From IMG/VR virus record IMGVR_UViG_3300043446_004613, positions 62,001-126,000 of that record: a stretch of DNA of 64,000 nt; one strand, 5' to 3'. Every line of letters starts with the position of its first letter. Positions within the stretch are counted from its first letter, which is position 1. This document shows positions 1 through 8,248 of the stretch, in pieces. Under the pieces are notes generated by a model. The model saw only the letters and a list, made by a program, of their open reading frames with translations. It was not told where the DNA came from and did no database searches. A program made the translations under genes and the position numbers.

Positions 1-155
1 TTGCTTCCGAGATAGTTGTACAGCGCCTGTAGCACATTATCCGGGCGATCATCACGATCCAGCGCCTGTTTGAGCGCAAGGTACTGTGGCGTCCAAATAC
101 CTGTTGGATTTGTCGGGCCGGACAAATCGCTAAAATTGGCAGCAAAAGCTTTCAT
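1..155 (-). CDS. hypothetical protein, 3' end outside the window
   Basis: Manual translation MKAFAANFSDLSGPTNPTGIWTPQYLALKQALDRDD... stays open to the window edge; TAGTTA motif 6 nt upstream. Confidence 0.5.
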   Translation of the reverse strand, partial: MKAFAANFSDLSGPTNPTGIWTPQYLALKQALDRDDRPDNVLQALYNYLGS

Positions 156-164
156 CTGGTGTAA

Positions 165-353
165 CTACCAGTTCAGCGCATCTTCGTACTTGCGCATCAA
201 CTGCTCGATATAGCCGCGTTCATCGTCAGTGTAATGCTCCTTGTCGAGGCTTTTAGCTATAAATTGCTGTTCAGATTCGGTCAACTCAAGCTCTGAGTCG
301 GAGAGCTTTATCAAAAAGTTGCCGCGAATCTGGTCGGTGTCGTAGTAGCTCAT
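165..353 (-). CDS. hypothetical protein (62 aa)
   Basis: ORF start overlaps the upstream stop; acidic helical composition. Confidence 0.6.
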   Translation of the reverse strand: MSYYDTDQIRGNFLIKLSDSELELTESEQQFIAKSLDKEHYTDDERGYIEQLMRKYEDALNW

Positions 354-868
354 TTTCGGATACTGCCGCTAATGTAGGACTTCAAGCCCGGTTTTTGGCG
401 AACGTACATCTGATCTGTCACTGGCCGCCAGACCCGCAACTTAAAGCGGTGCTCAACCCGATTCCACATATCATCAAAAGGCGGCGTGCTGGCAGGATCG
501 GTGTACTGCTTCGCCCATTCAGTCATGCGCCCGCGTGCGTAAGGTGAAACCCACATGGCGTGTGTACCCCATGATCCGGTTGGCCCGCAGCGACAAAGCA
601 CGCCGATGTACACAAGATCGTGATCGTGACAGTGCTTCAGTGGGGCTAGAAAGTTATCGGCAACAATCAGGCAGTCATCCTCGAAAACAAGAACGTCTTC
701 GTCTGGAGCTAGGCTATTGTAGATGCCGAAATGACTGCGGCGACAGCCTTCCCGGCCATCATCCATCATCACGGCAGGCCAGATTTGAGCGTTCGCACGT
801 TGCACCAGTTGCTGCACCATGTCGGAACGCTCAGTACACTTAGTATCGTGTATAACGTACGTTTTCAC
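350..868 (-). CDS. glycosyltransferase family 25-like protein
   Basis: VIH...R N-terminus, EGCRRSH and VLVFEDD motifs typical of GT25. Confidence 0.65.
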   Translation of the reverse strand: MKTYVIHDTKCTERSDMVQQLVQRANAQIWPAVMMDDGREGCRRSHFGIYNSLAPDEDVLVFEDDCLIVADNFLAPLKHCHDHDLVYIGVLCRCGPTGSWGTHAMWVSPYARGRMTEWAKQYTDPASTPPFDDMWNRVEHRFKLRVWRPVTDQMYVRQKPGLKSYISGSIRK

Positions 869-889
869 AGGGTCTTCGATGTGACGTCG

Positions 890-1204
890 TCAAGACCAGT
901 CAATAACGCACGGGCCGATGGCGTATACAGCCACTTTAGCTTTACGCTCTTGCGCGTCTGCGATGTAGGCAAACACGTCGGCGGATTTAAGCACAACACA
1001 CACCGGCTCATCACCCGGCGCAATACCTGTGTAGTCTTTGGCTATAAATCCGTTGGCTTCGCACATGCGCCAACGTGAAAGATCAGCGGCGGCGGCACTC
1101 AGTTTATTTTCAGTTTCTTTGTTCATGTTTGATAGAACAGCATCTGGTTGATTTATTTCGTGCTTGTCAATGATTGACGTCAGGTTGAGCCATGAACGCG
1201 GCAC
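890..1204 (-). CDS. hypothetical protein (start may be at 1126)
   Basis: ORF in co-directional gene run. Confidence 0.5.
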   Translation of the reverse strand: MPRSWLNLTSIIDKHEINQPDAVLSNMNKETENKLSAAAADLSRWRMCEANGFIAKDYTGIAPGDEPVCVVLKSADVFAYIADAQERKAKVAVYAIGPCVIDWS

Positions 1205-1311
1205 CCTCGGCAGTTTTCATCCAGCGATCTAACCGGCTAAAATAGACCGGCACTTTCAACGGACGCTGAGGACGCTTAACTTTACGAAAAAATTCGCGCT
1301 CTGTTAGAGGT

Positions 1312-2406
1312 TTACGCTTGCGGGACATTTTCCACCTCCGGGGCGTTGATCAAGACCGGTTCGATCCAAGTCAAACGTTTTGGTGACGCATCGTTCCAAG
1401 GCTTCGGGCCGAAGGGTTGATTACGCATGTGGCCGCGCCGCCAGTGCATGCGAGGAGATGCGTGAGCGCCGGGTGCTCCTGAACTTTCGACACGCTGCGC
1501 CTTGTAGTCCCAACCGATGCAGTTCGGCTGCCAAAGTGCTTCCTGTTCAATCGCACCTTTACGGTTGCGCTTTTCCGGGCGCTGCAAGGCTCCAAGCTTG
1601 ATGACATGAGGCCGGGCAGTCATGGCCAACAACAGCTTGATCGCAAACATCTGAACTTTTGCGTTGAACTGCTTATCTTCGGCGTCGGTCGGAAAGCCGT
1701 CACGGCATGCGTTTAGCGTATCCGGTGAAAGTTGCTCTTCAAGATACGTTGCATCTTCAAACGGAGCGCTATCCATGTCGCGGATGTTCATGTGCGTCGG
1801 AAAACTTCCGACATAGTCCATAGGAATAGCGCCGTCGTTTCCAACCACGATACTGACAATATTGATGCGCTCTGACTGGTTATCGATCTTGTTGAGCGCG
1901 TCCAGCGGGATGTCACAGGCAGGCATGTTTTTAAGGCACTGCGGATAAATGCCGATCGGACTGCGCGTAACGCTGATAAATGGCACGGCATAGCCAAAGT
2001 ACTTTACGGAGAAGTCGACCGGTAGCACGAAGGTCATGGCTGGTAATGGCCACTTAATCTGGTCAAGAACGAAGTCGTCTGGTGGTTCCGTCTGGATTAC
2101 GGCTTGAGCAAACTCACTCTGCACAAAATAAGTCGGAACGCGATACTGCATCTGCATCAGGCTATTGATCAGGCCGGTGACATGCGGAATCATGTGCAGT
2201 TCAGCCTTAAAGCCAGTGAGCAACTCGCTAAGTAAGCTGGCTGCATAGTATTTAGGATTGAGATACTTGTCGCTTGGCGGCTGGATACGTTTTGGGTAAA
2301 GCGCTTTGAATGTATTAGGCTGATCTTTGAGCAGCCCTTTAAGGACGGTATCAAGTATTGATTTTGTATTCACGTTCAAGATCATAAGTGAGCATCGTAA
2401 GGGCAA
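1312..2406 (-). CDS. conserved phage hypothetical protein with C-terminal HxRRGHxR motif
   Basis: HASPRMHWRRGHMRNQPFGP...LTWIEP motif seen in many phage proteins of unknown function. Confidence 0.7.
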   Translation of the reverse strand: MPLRCSLMILNVNTKSILDTVLKGLLKDQPNTFKALYPKRIQPPSDKYLNPKYYAASLLSELLTGFKAELHMIPHVTGLINSLMQMQYRVPTYFVQSEFAQAVIQTEPPDDFVLDQIKWPLPAMTFVLPVDFSVKYFGYAVPFISVTRSPIGIYPQCLKNMPACDIPLDALNKIDNQSERINIVSIVVGNDGAIPMDYVGSFPTHMNIRDMDSAPFEDATYLEEQLSPDTLNACRDGFPTDAEDKQFNAKVQMFAIKLLLAMTARPHVIKLGALQRPEKRNRKGAIEQEALWQPNCIGWDYKAQRVESSGAPGAHASPRMHWRRGHMRNQPFGPKPWNDASPKRLTWIEPVLINAPEVENVPQA

Positions 2407-2440
2407 ACATGTTCGCTGTCAACATCAATATTTAACATAA

Positions 2441-2875
2441 ATGAGTACCGGTAACAAGCACAGCAAAACGCGCTACGAGACAATCGTACCTCGGGAGTTC
2501 AAGGCGACTATTCCAGATCACATTCTGGATCGGCTGCCTACGGATGAGCGCTATATTGTCAGTGCTCTCAGCAAGTTAGAGAACAGCAGCGATTGGGTTG
2601 TGCAGCACCTGCTTAAAACAAACAAGGCTATCCAAGACTTGGATTCGCGTATCGACGATGTAAACACTCGGATTACGGACGGTGAAAACGAGCAAGCCGC
2701 GCTCAACGTCCGGGTGCAGAAAACCGAAGGTGTCGCGGAAAAAGTGCAGAGGCTGTGGGATTGGAAGCAGTATTTTTCTGGCAAATGGGCGGCGTTGGGA
2801 TGTATTGGACTGGTAGTCCTGACAGCACTCGTAAAAGTTGCCTGTGACGCTTTGTACAAACATTTTACCCACTAA
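2441..2875 (+). CDS. coiled-coil protein with C-terminal transmembrane helix (XhlA/holin-like topology)
   Basis: Heptad region AIQDLDSRIDDVNTRITDGE followed by WAALGCIGLVVLTALVKVAC. Confidence 0.65.
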   Translation: MSTGNKHSKTRYETIVPREFKATIPDHILDRLPTDERYIVSALSKLENSSDWVVQHLLKTNKAIQDLDSRIDDVNTRITDGENEQAALNVRVQKTEGVAEKVQRLWDWKQYFSGKWAALGCIGLVVLTALVKVACDALYKHFTH

Positions 2876-3306
2876 TGACAATCGCAGAAGGCTTAATACT
2901 AAGGTTGTTTCGACCGCCTAAGTTTCTTGTTGTCGAAGCACATGCAGGCATCAGCACGTTACTTAGTGCGCACTATGACTGCGACTTGGTGCAGGCAGGT
3001 TCGGCAGTTGAAGCAGCTGACTGTCTAGCATCCGGCGTGTATGACCTGATCATTTTGGATGCTGCGACACTTAACGGGAGCACAGCAACCCTGATCAAGA
3101 ACATTCAGACCATGTGTCCAGATACACCCACCGTAGCGTTTAATGCTGTTAATACTGCGTTCGACGAAGACGCGTTGGTTACGGTATTCAATGGGGCGAT
3201 AAAAATTGAACTGCTGGAACATCTGTTCAAGCAGTTCAAGATTAAGCTGCGCACCCGCGAGATCGCGGAGTACTGTGCAAGCATTGACCGGACGGCTGCC
3301 GCTTAG
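2875..3306 (+). CDS. single-domain response-regulator receiver (REC), atypical
   Basis: FLVVE, YDLIILD (phospho-acceptor Asp position), CPDTPTVAF; CheY-like size. Confidence 0.7.
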   Translation: MTIAEGLILRLFRPPKFLVVEAHAGISTLLSAHYDCDLVQAGSAVEAADCLASGVYDLIILDAATLNGSTATLIKNIQTMCPDTPTVAFNAVNTAFDEDALVTVFNGAIKIELLEHLFKQFKIKLRTREIAEYCASIDRTAAA

Positions 3307-3680
3307 CGTGGCGCTTGGGTAACGATCGAGTGGATTTTCTGGAGCAGCATGTCGTGCGACGGCGGCAACTGGACGTTGCGGGCTTCGTCGAGAACATGTT
3401 GCAGCAAGTTGACCGGTACTTCCTTTCCGGCCATCAGGGCTTCAATGATCTGCTTGTCTTGATCACTGTTGGCGAGGTGCGCGAGGATCAGCACCAGCAC
3501 GTCTTTCATCTGGCTCACTTCACGCGGAGAAAATTGGCCGGGAGGCTGCATGCCTTCACGCCCGCCGCCCATCACACGGGAGAGGTCATCACCACGGCGC
3601 GGCATCGGACGACGACCCGGATCACGGGGCGGCATCGACGGCATATCATCATTTTCACGAATAAGGTTTTTTGCGTTCAT
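3303..3680 (-). CDS. hypothetical protein with LIRE leader (MNAKNLIRE...)
   Basis: Start reassigned from 3956 because that extension runs through the tRNA-like gene; TATTTA motif 8 nt upstream of 3680. Confidence 0.65.
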   Translation of the reverse strand: MNAKNLIRENDDMPSMPPRDPGRRPMPRRGDDLSRVMGGGREGMQPPGQFSPREVSQMKDVLVLILAHLANSDQDKQIIEALMAGKEVPVNLLQHVLDEARNVQLPPSHDMLLQKIHSIVTQAPR

Positions 3681-3892
3681 ATCGTCCATAAATACGGTTG
3701 CCAGTCCAGACTGGCGTGGAACCACTGTCCCGGTTCTGGCGAGAGGTTCTCTCCCTCTGTCAACTCTGCTTGTTCTAAGGCGTTGAGTTTTACCAAATGG
3801 TGGCTGACTAATCTCTTCGATTAACAGCGTGCAGCCAAAGCGCTTCAACTGCACGCCTGTCCAGAATTGTACCAAACCATCAGCCGTTAAAA

Positions 3893-4006
3893 TGGTGGCT
3901 AGGGCTGGATTTGAACCAGCGTTCATACGATGCCTATGCTTTAGGGTGCCCCCCACACAGGAGACTCAGAGTGCCCTCCGGGCGTCTACCGCTGCGCCAC
4001 CTAGCC
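3893..4006 (-). ncRNA. tRNA-like RNA (114 nt) with canonical acceptor, D and T arms but a 61-nt non-canonical central region
   Basis: GGCTAGG/CCTAGCC-A-CCA acceptor stem; D arm GCG-CAGCGGTAGA-CGC; T arm GCTGG-TTCAAAT-CCAGC; no standard 5-bp/7-nt anticodon arm. Confidence 0.8.
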
Positions 4007-4014
4007 ATGACCGT

Positions 4015-4043
4015 ACTGTATACACGTTATTGCTTATCGTCAA
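4015..4043 (-). promoter_or_regulatory. sigma70-type promoter for the tRNA-like RNA
   Basis: TTGACG-17 nt-TACAGT ending 8 nt before the RNA 5' end. Confidence 0.75.
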
Positions 4044-4443
4044 CAGCAGCTTTTAACAAAGTTTCGTCAGGGCAGAGCATAACGGCGGCCTGTTGGTAAA
4101 TCTGACCTTCCAGTTCGTTACCGTCGGCAAAAAATTTACCGGCCATCTCCGAGGCTTTGATCCAAGCGTCTTTTCCGTGTTGAATTTCCAGCTGGCGACA
4201 GACCAGTGATGGTCGCCACAAGCGCTCTACCGGGCGTACGCTGCCGCAGTCGAGGAATACCTGAATACCGGTCAGGATAAACAGCGCACTGTTGGCTGCC
4301 TCTGCCGGATCAGCACCTTCACTAGCCATCAACAAGGCCAGCATGTTGGCTAATTTCTCGTTCTCGCCGCCTTCCTTTAGCGGCAGCAACTGAATCGGTT
4401 CAGGTTTTGCTTCGGGCGATGGTGTTGGTTGTGGAGTATCCAT
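4027..4443 (-). CDS. hypothetical protein (138 aa)
   Basis: ORF in operon run. Confidence 0.6.
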   Translation of the reverse strand: MDTPQPTPSPEAKPEPIQLLPLKEGGENEKLANMLALLMASEGADPAEAANSALFILTGIQVFLDCGSVRPVERLWRPSLVCRQLEIQHGKDAWIKASEMAGKFFADGNELEGQIYQQAAVMLCPDETLLKAAVDDKQ

Positions 4444-4984
4444 GTATTAAAGGTAGTATTTTGATTTTAGCGCCGACACGTTCCGCAACGGAGCGTTCTC
4501 CGGCATCAAGTGTTTCTAGCGTGTAATCGCCGCCTTTTACCCAGACGTCCGGTGCGATTTTCTCAATCACGTCAGTACAGCGCGTATCGTTAAAAGTAAG
4601 AACGTAATCAACAGGCTCCAGCGCGGCTATGAGTGCAACTCGGTCGTTCTCGTTGTTGATCGGGCGTGTCGGCCCTTTTAGTGTGCGGACGCTCTTGTCA
4701 CTGTTTACAGCAACGACCAACACAGCAGGCATGTCCGACAAAGCATCTCCGGTAGCGCGGGCACGCATCAGCAGGTTGAGGTGTCCAACGTGAAGGATGT
4801 CAAAGCAGCCGTTCGTCAAGATGACACGGCAACCTAAAGGTTTTATCCACGTGCTTGTCGAAACGATGATCTTGTCCTGCCAGTTTCTCATTTTTTGCGT
4901 AACTGCACGTTTACCTTGCCGTGACGTAGAACAGAAAATCCAAGCTGCCAGAACTTGCGGGCGGTGCGTAATCTTTCGCGCCAT
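4400..4984 (-). CDS. heptose-1-phosphate adenylyltransferase (HldE C-terminal/RfaE2-like cytidylyltransferase fold); start may be 4891
   Basis: TNGCFDILHVGH, VAVNSDKSVRTLKGPTRPIN and VKGGDY motifs. Confidence 0.88.
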   Translation of the reverse strand: MARKITHRPQVLAAWIFCSTSRQGKRAVTQKMRNWQDKIIVSTSTWIKPLGCRVILTNGCFDILHVGHLNLLMRARATGDALSDMPAVLVVAVNSDKSVRTLKGPTRPINNENDRVALIAALEPVDYVLTFNDTRCTDVIEKIAPDVWVKGGDYTLETLDAGERSVAERVGAKIKILPLIHGYSTTNTIARSKT

Positions 4985-5044
4985 GTGCTGGCTGTAAATT
5001 TCAGTTCATGTGCGTCAGCTGTGGGTGAGTGTTGTGCGGTCATA

Positions 5045-5692
5045 TCAGTAAGTGATTGGGGTATGGCGTTGGCGTAAAAAGAAATTTTGATACTCCTGTT
5101 TGGTAAAGACGCTGACTTTAAGGCCGTTGCGTACAGCGGCATCGAGAATGAACGGGAATGATAGCTGATCACGCCACGAGTAGCGGCAAATCTCAGCCCA
5201 CCATGCTTCGTTCAGGGCAGTTGTGAGCGAGTTGTGTCGCCGGATCAGTACACTGCAAAAGAAAAGGCCCTCCTTAAATCCGAGGGCCTTGTATTTCTCA
5301 AGCTGGGGTGTGACATTTTCCGGGAGATCGTAGCGCTGCGCTAGAATGTGAGCACCTTCTGTGTAGACATCTTTACGGTCAAAGTGCGCAGCTACTGCCA
5401 CGTCAGCCTCGCCGAGCAAGTCACTAATTATCGCCGAAGGTTTGCGTAACATGCGCACGTTACCATCCAGCCAGATGGAAGTGTCACAGTCTTCGTATTT
5501 GTGGGCTAATACTTTGTGGATTTTGGCATTTTTCTTCGGCTCTACGAACATGGAACACGGCGGTTTTGTCTCCCAAAAGACGGAAGGCTGCTGAGTGTAT
5601 GCGACATAGCGGGCATGATCGTCCGCAGGCTGATCGAGCAGTGTATCACGACCAGTTCCGGTGATTGCGGTTATGACTGCTATTTTCTGCAT
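5045..5692 (-). CDS. DUF616-family glycosyltransferase-like protein
   Basis: ITAITG..D, NAKIHKVLAH, SIWLDGN, RDQLSFP motifs. Confidence 0.75.
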   Translation of the reverse strand: MQKIAVITAITGTGRDTLLDQPADDHARYVAYTQQPSVFWETKPPCSMFVEPKKNAKIHKVLAHKYEDCDTSIWLDGNVRMLRKPSAIISDLLGEADVAVAAHFDRKDVYTEGAHILAQRYDLPENVTPQLEKYKALGFKEGLFFCSVLIRRHNSLTTALNEAWWAEICRYSWRDQLSFPFILDAAVRNGLKVSVFTKQEYQNFFLRQRHTPITY

Positions 5693-5707
5693 TGTGTTCT
5701 AAAAGAC

Positions 5708-6127
5708 GTGTACGAACCGAAATACAAGCTTAACCGGCGCGATAATGATCGCTGGCTTCAACTGCTGGCCCGACACTGTCTTGAAGCCAGCCCGAAGAGC
5801 AAATCTAAATACCCACCGCTCTCTGCTAAAGAGAACCGGGAATTCGAGGCCCTTAGCCGGAAGCGTTCACGCAAAATTGAGTCGCACCCGACGGTTAAGG
5901 CTGAGATACTGCATACGCGTCGCCTGAACCGTCGGCTTAACCGGCTTGTGAACAAGCTGGATCGTTTACTAACGGTAGCTGTAAGTCGATGGACGTACCC
6001 AGCTTGGAATATGTATCGAAGCTCCTCAAATTCGAGGAGGCGTACACGTCACCACATTGAGGTCGTGACGTTACCGTGGGCCGGGTTAGGTTGCTCCATG
6101 ACCCATTTCTGGCCTACGGTCATGTAA
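5708..6127 (+). CDS. basic hypothetical protein (GTG start inferred)
   Basis: Fills the gap between two minus-strand genes; GTTCTAA motif variant 5 nt upstream; tail overlaps next gene. Confidence 0.4.
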   Translation: MYEPKYKLNRRDNDRWLQLLARHCLEASPKSKSKYPPLSAKENREFEALSRKRSRKIESHPTVKAEILHTRRLNRRLNRLVNKLDRLLTVAVSRWTYPAWNMYRSSSNSRRRTRHHIEVVTLPWAGLGCSMTHFWPTVM

Positions 6128-6393
6128 ACCTTACCGTCCAGTTTGGCCATCTGGATATAAAGCCCGGTCTTAGCTTCCGTGACACTGCTCAGTGTCACGG
6201 TTTCGCTTTTTAATACGGATGCGGCAAAGCCTTCTTCACGGACAGGCTCGCCGGAACTAAGAGCGTCGAGCGCGGTTTTGTACATCTTTGCCAGCAGCGG
6301 CGCAGTGGCCGCGCTGACGATACTGTGGTTGCGGACGGTAGCTTCCAGCGGCACAACGTGCTTTGGGTCGATATAGGTATAGCGTGCGAACAT
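6049..6393 (-). CDS. hypothetical protein (114 aa)
   Basis: ORF with GTTCTTAA motif 5 nt upstream. Confidence 0.6.
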   Translation of the reverse strand: MFARYTYIDPKHVVPLEATVRNHSIVSAATAPLLAKMYKTALDALSSGEPVREEGFAASVLKSETVTLSSVTEAKTGLYIQMAKLDGKVYMTVGQKWVMEQPNPAHGNVTTSMW

Positions 6394-6413
6394 GGTATTA
6401 AGAACAGAATATC

Positions 6414-6971
6414 TTAAAAATGACGTGCTCGGACAACCGTACGCTGCTCGCCTTCGTTACACCAGAACTTACGGGTGCGCCCGTCACCGATCATTGAATC
6501 ATCCTCCCAGAGCGCGTCGCATACAGCCTTGCCGATGTTGTCCCAGTCTGGCTTTTGACGGTGAAGGCTGCCAAGCATCTCAGCTTTTTTCTTTTTGCTC
6601 CATGACTCAGGCATGGCTATGTAGGCGATAACATCCACCGCGTACACATCAGCGGTCTGTAACCCGTTCGGCGCGGCCTCGCGCAGCCGGTCGCAGTAGT
6701 CACGATAGCGCAGCACCACGTCACGTTTCATCCAGCGGTCGCGCTGGGTCATGCGCGGCTTTCCCATCGGATCACCAACGGAGGTGAATTCAGTGGTTTT
6801 TGCACCCTCTGGTTCAGGTACATCAGAACTTAGCGGCGGTGAACAGTATTTCGGTTCAACCTTAACATTTTCAGTTGCTTGTTCTTTGGATTTAATGTTT
6901 ACTCCAACCAGACTGTTTACTTTTGGATGCTTTGCTAGTTGCTTTTCTAGTTGTGCTTGTGTCCATCCCAT
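6414..6971 (-). CDS. rusA: RusA-family Holliday junction resolvase
   Basis: KPDWDNIGKAVCDAL...DDSMI catalytic motif; GKPRMTQRD N-terminal motif of phage RusA. Confidence 0.85.
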   Translation of the reverse strand: MGWTQAQLEKQLAKHPKVNSLVGVNIKSKEQATENVKVEPKYCSPPLSSDVPEPEGAKTTEFTSVGDPMGKPRMTQRDRWMKRDVVLRYRDYCDRLREAAPNGLQTADVYAVDVIAYIAMPESWSKKKKAEMLGSLHRQKPDWDNIGKAVCDALWEDDSMIGDGRTRKFWCNEGEQRTVVRARHF

Positions 6972-7002
6972 ACAGTTCTAAGAACCGTATTTATTACACA
7001 TT

Positions 7003-8247
7003 ATGCCATATACCGATCCTAATGTTCTGACGGTACTGCAAAAGTACCGTGTTGCTGATGAGCAGGGCAACCTGCGCATGTCACCTATACGCCGTAATCG
7101 GCCAAACGCGCAGCCCGTACCAGTGCTCTCCGCTGACGTTATCGACAAGCTGGTTGCTTCTGATCCTACGCCCGATAAACGCTGGCTCGACTGGATTTTC
7201 TACCAAGCGGGCGGCGGTGACACTGCTAAAAACATGGCGAAGCAGGCACTTGATTCGATCAAACAGCGTTTCATCGATGAGCGCGTTAACGGCTGGACTC
7301 AACCTGTAACTGGTCAGTATCAAAATCCTGTTCCTCGTGCGGAAGCGGTCGCCCGTTGGGAACGTGCCGAACCTAAGTTTCGCGACGTGCTTTTGGTGAG
7401 TGACGAAGACACGGTAAAGAAGCTAAGAACCTTCGGCTTTTATCGCGAATGGCCCGGCAACGCAAATGTATACGCAAACGTGGTCGATGCCATGAACGCA
7501 TACATGAAAGTTTTCAAGCTTTTGGAAAAGATGAACACCGAGCTTGTGCGCGAAGGCGGCGAGCAGCTGCCGACAACACCGGATGGAATTCCAACATTCA
7601 GTCGCATGAAGGAAATCGCGCAGAAGGTTGAGCGCTACTACGCTTCCAAGAAAGCTCGCTCGGACATCCGCGAACAGACGATCTACGACGACGATGTCAT
7701 CACTGCCTTGGCTCCGTTGACGTATGCAGCTGCCGTCAAGTACGGCTATGATCAGTGGCCGTGGGCAAGCCGCAAGGGCTTTGAAGCTGTATTGGCAGGC
7801 GATCCCGGTAACTGGCGTACTCGCGATGAGTGGAAAGCAAACACCAGTCGCGGTACGGCGATCGTTTACCTGACTTTCCATACGCCGGTACCGGCTTGGA
7901 TTGTCCGTCGCGACGGCGCATGGGATGTGAAAGACCTGACGGACTTAGCTCTGCATCTGGAACCGTCCGACGCCAAAGAAAATCCTGATACTTGGCAGGT
8001 TTATGACCAAGAAAACCAGAACACGCGCACGCTTGCTCAAATCAAGCAGATGATCCTCAGCGAGCCTACCCGCACAGACGCGGAAGAGGATGAAGTGCCG
8101 ATCAAGCGTGGTGCAAATGTATACAAGACAACCGAAGAAGCGCAGCATGTCGTTAACAGCCTTGACCGTGCGGTTAACGCTGTTCAGAAATGGCTGGCTA
8201 AGTTCGACATGAAAGCGGTCAAATCGGACGTGTTCACTCTCGATTGA
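7003..8247 (+). CDS. hypothetical protein, paralog 1 (DPTPDKRWL motif)
   Basis: 414 aa; colinear similarity to the next gene. Confidence 0.8.
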   Translation: MPYTDPNVLTVLQKYRVADEQGNLRMSPIRRNRPNAQPVPVLSADVIDKLVASDPTPDKRWLDWIFYQAGGGDTAKNMAKQALDSIKQRFIDERVNGWTQPVTGQYQNPVPRAEAVARWERAEPKFRDVLLVSDEDTVKKLRTFGFYREWPGNANVYANVVDAMNAYMKVFKLLEKMNTELVREGGEQLPTTPDGIPTFSRMKEIAQKVERYYASKKARSDIREQTIYDDDVITALAPLTYAAAVKYGYDQWPWASRKGFEAVLAGDPGNWRTRDEWKANTSRGTAIVYLTFHTPVPAWIVRRDGAWDVKDLTDLALHLEPSDAKENPDTWQVYDQENQNTRTLAQIKQMILSEPTRTDAEEDEVPIKRGANVYKTTEEAQHVVNSLDRAVNAVQKWLAKFDMKAVKSDVFTLD

Positions 8248-8248
8248 T

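Noticed and set aside
3681-3956. N-terminal extension of the 217-aa ORF 3303..3956
   Set aside because: It starts inside the tRNA-like gene; the downstream MNAK start has both the upstream motif and the leader
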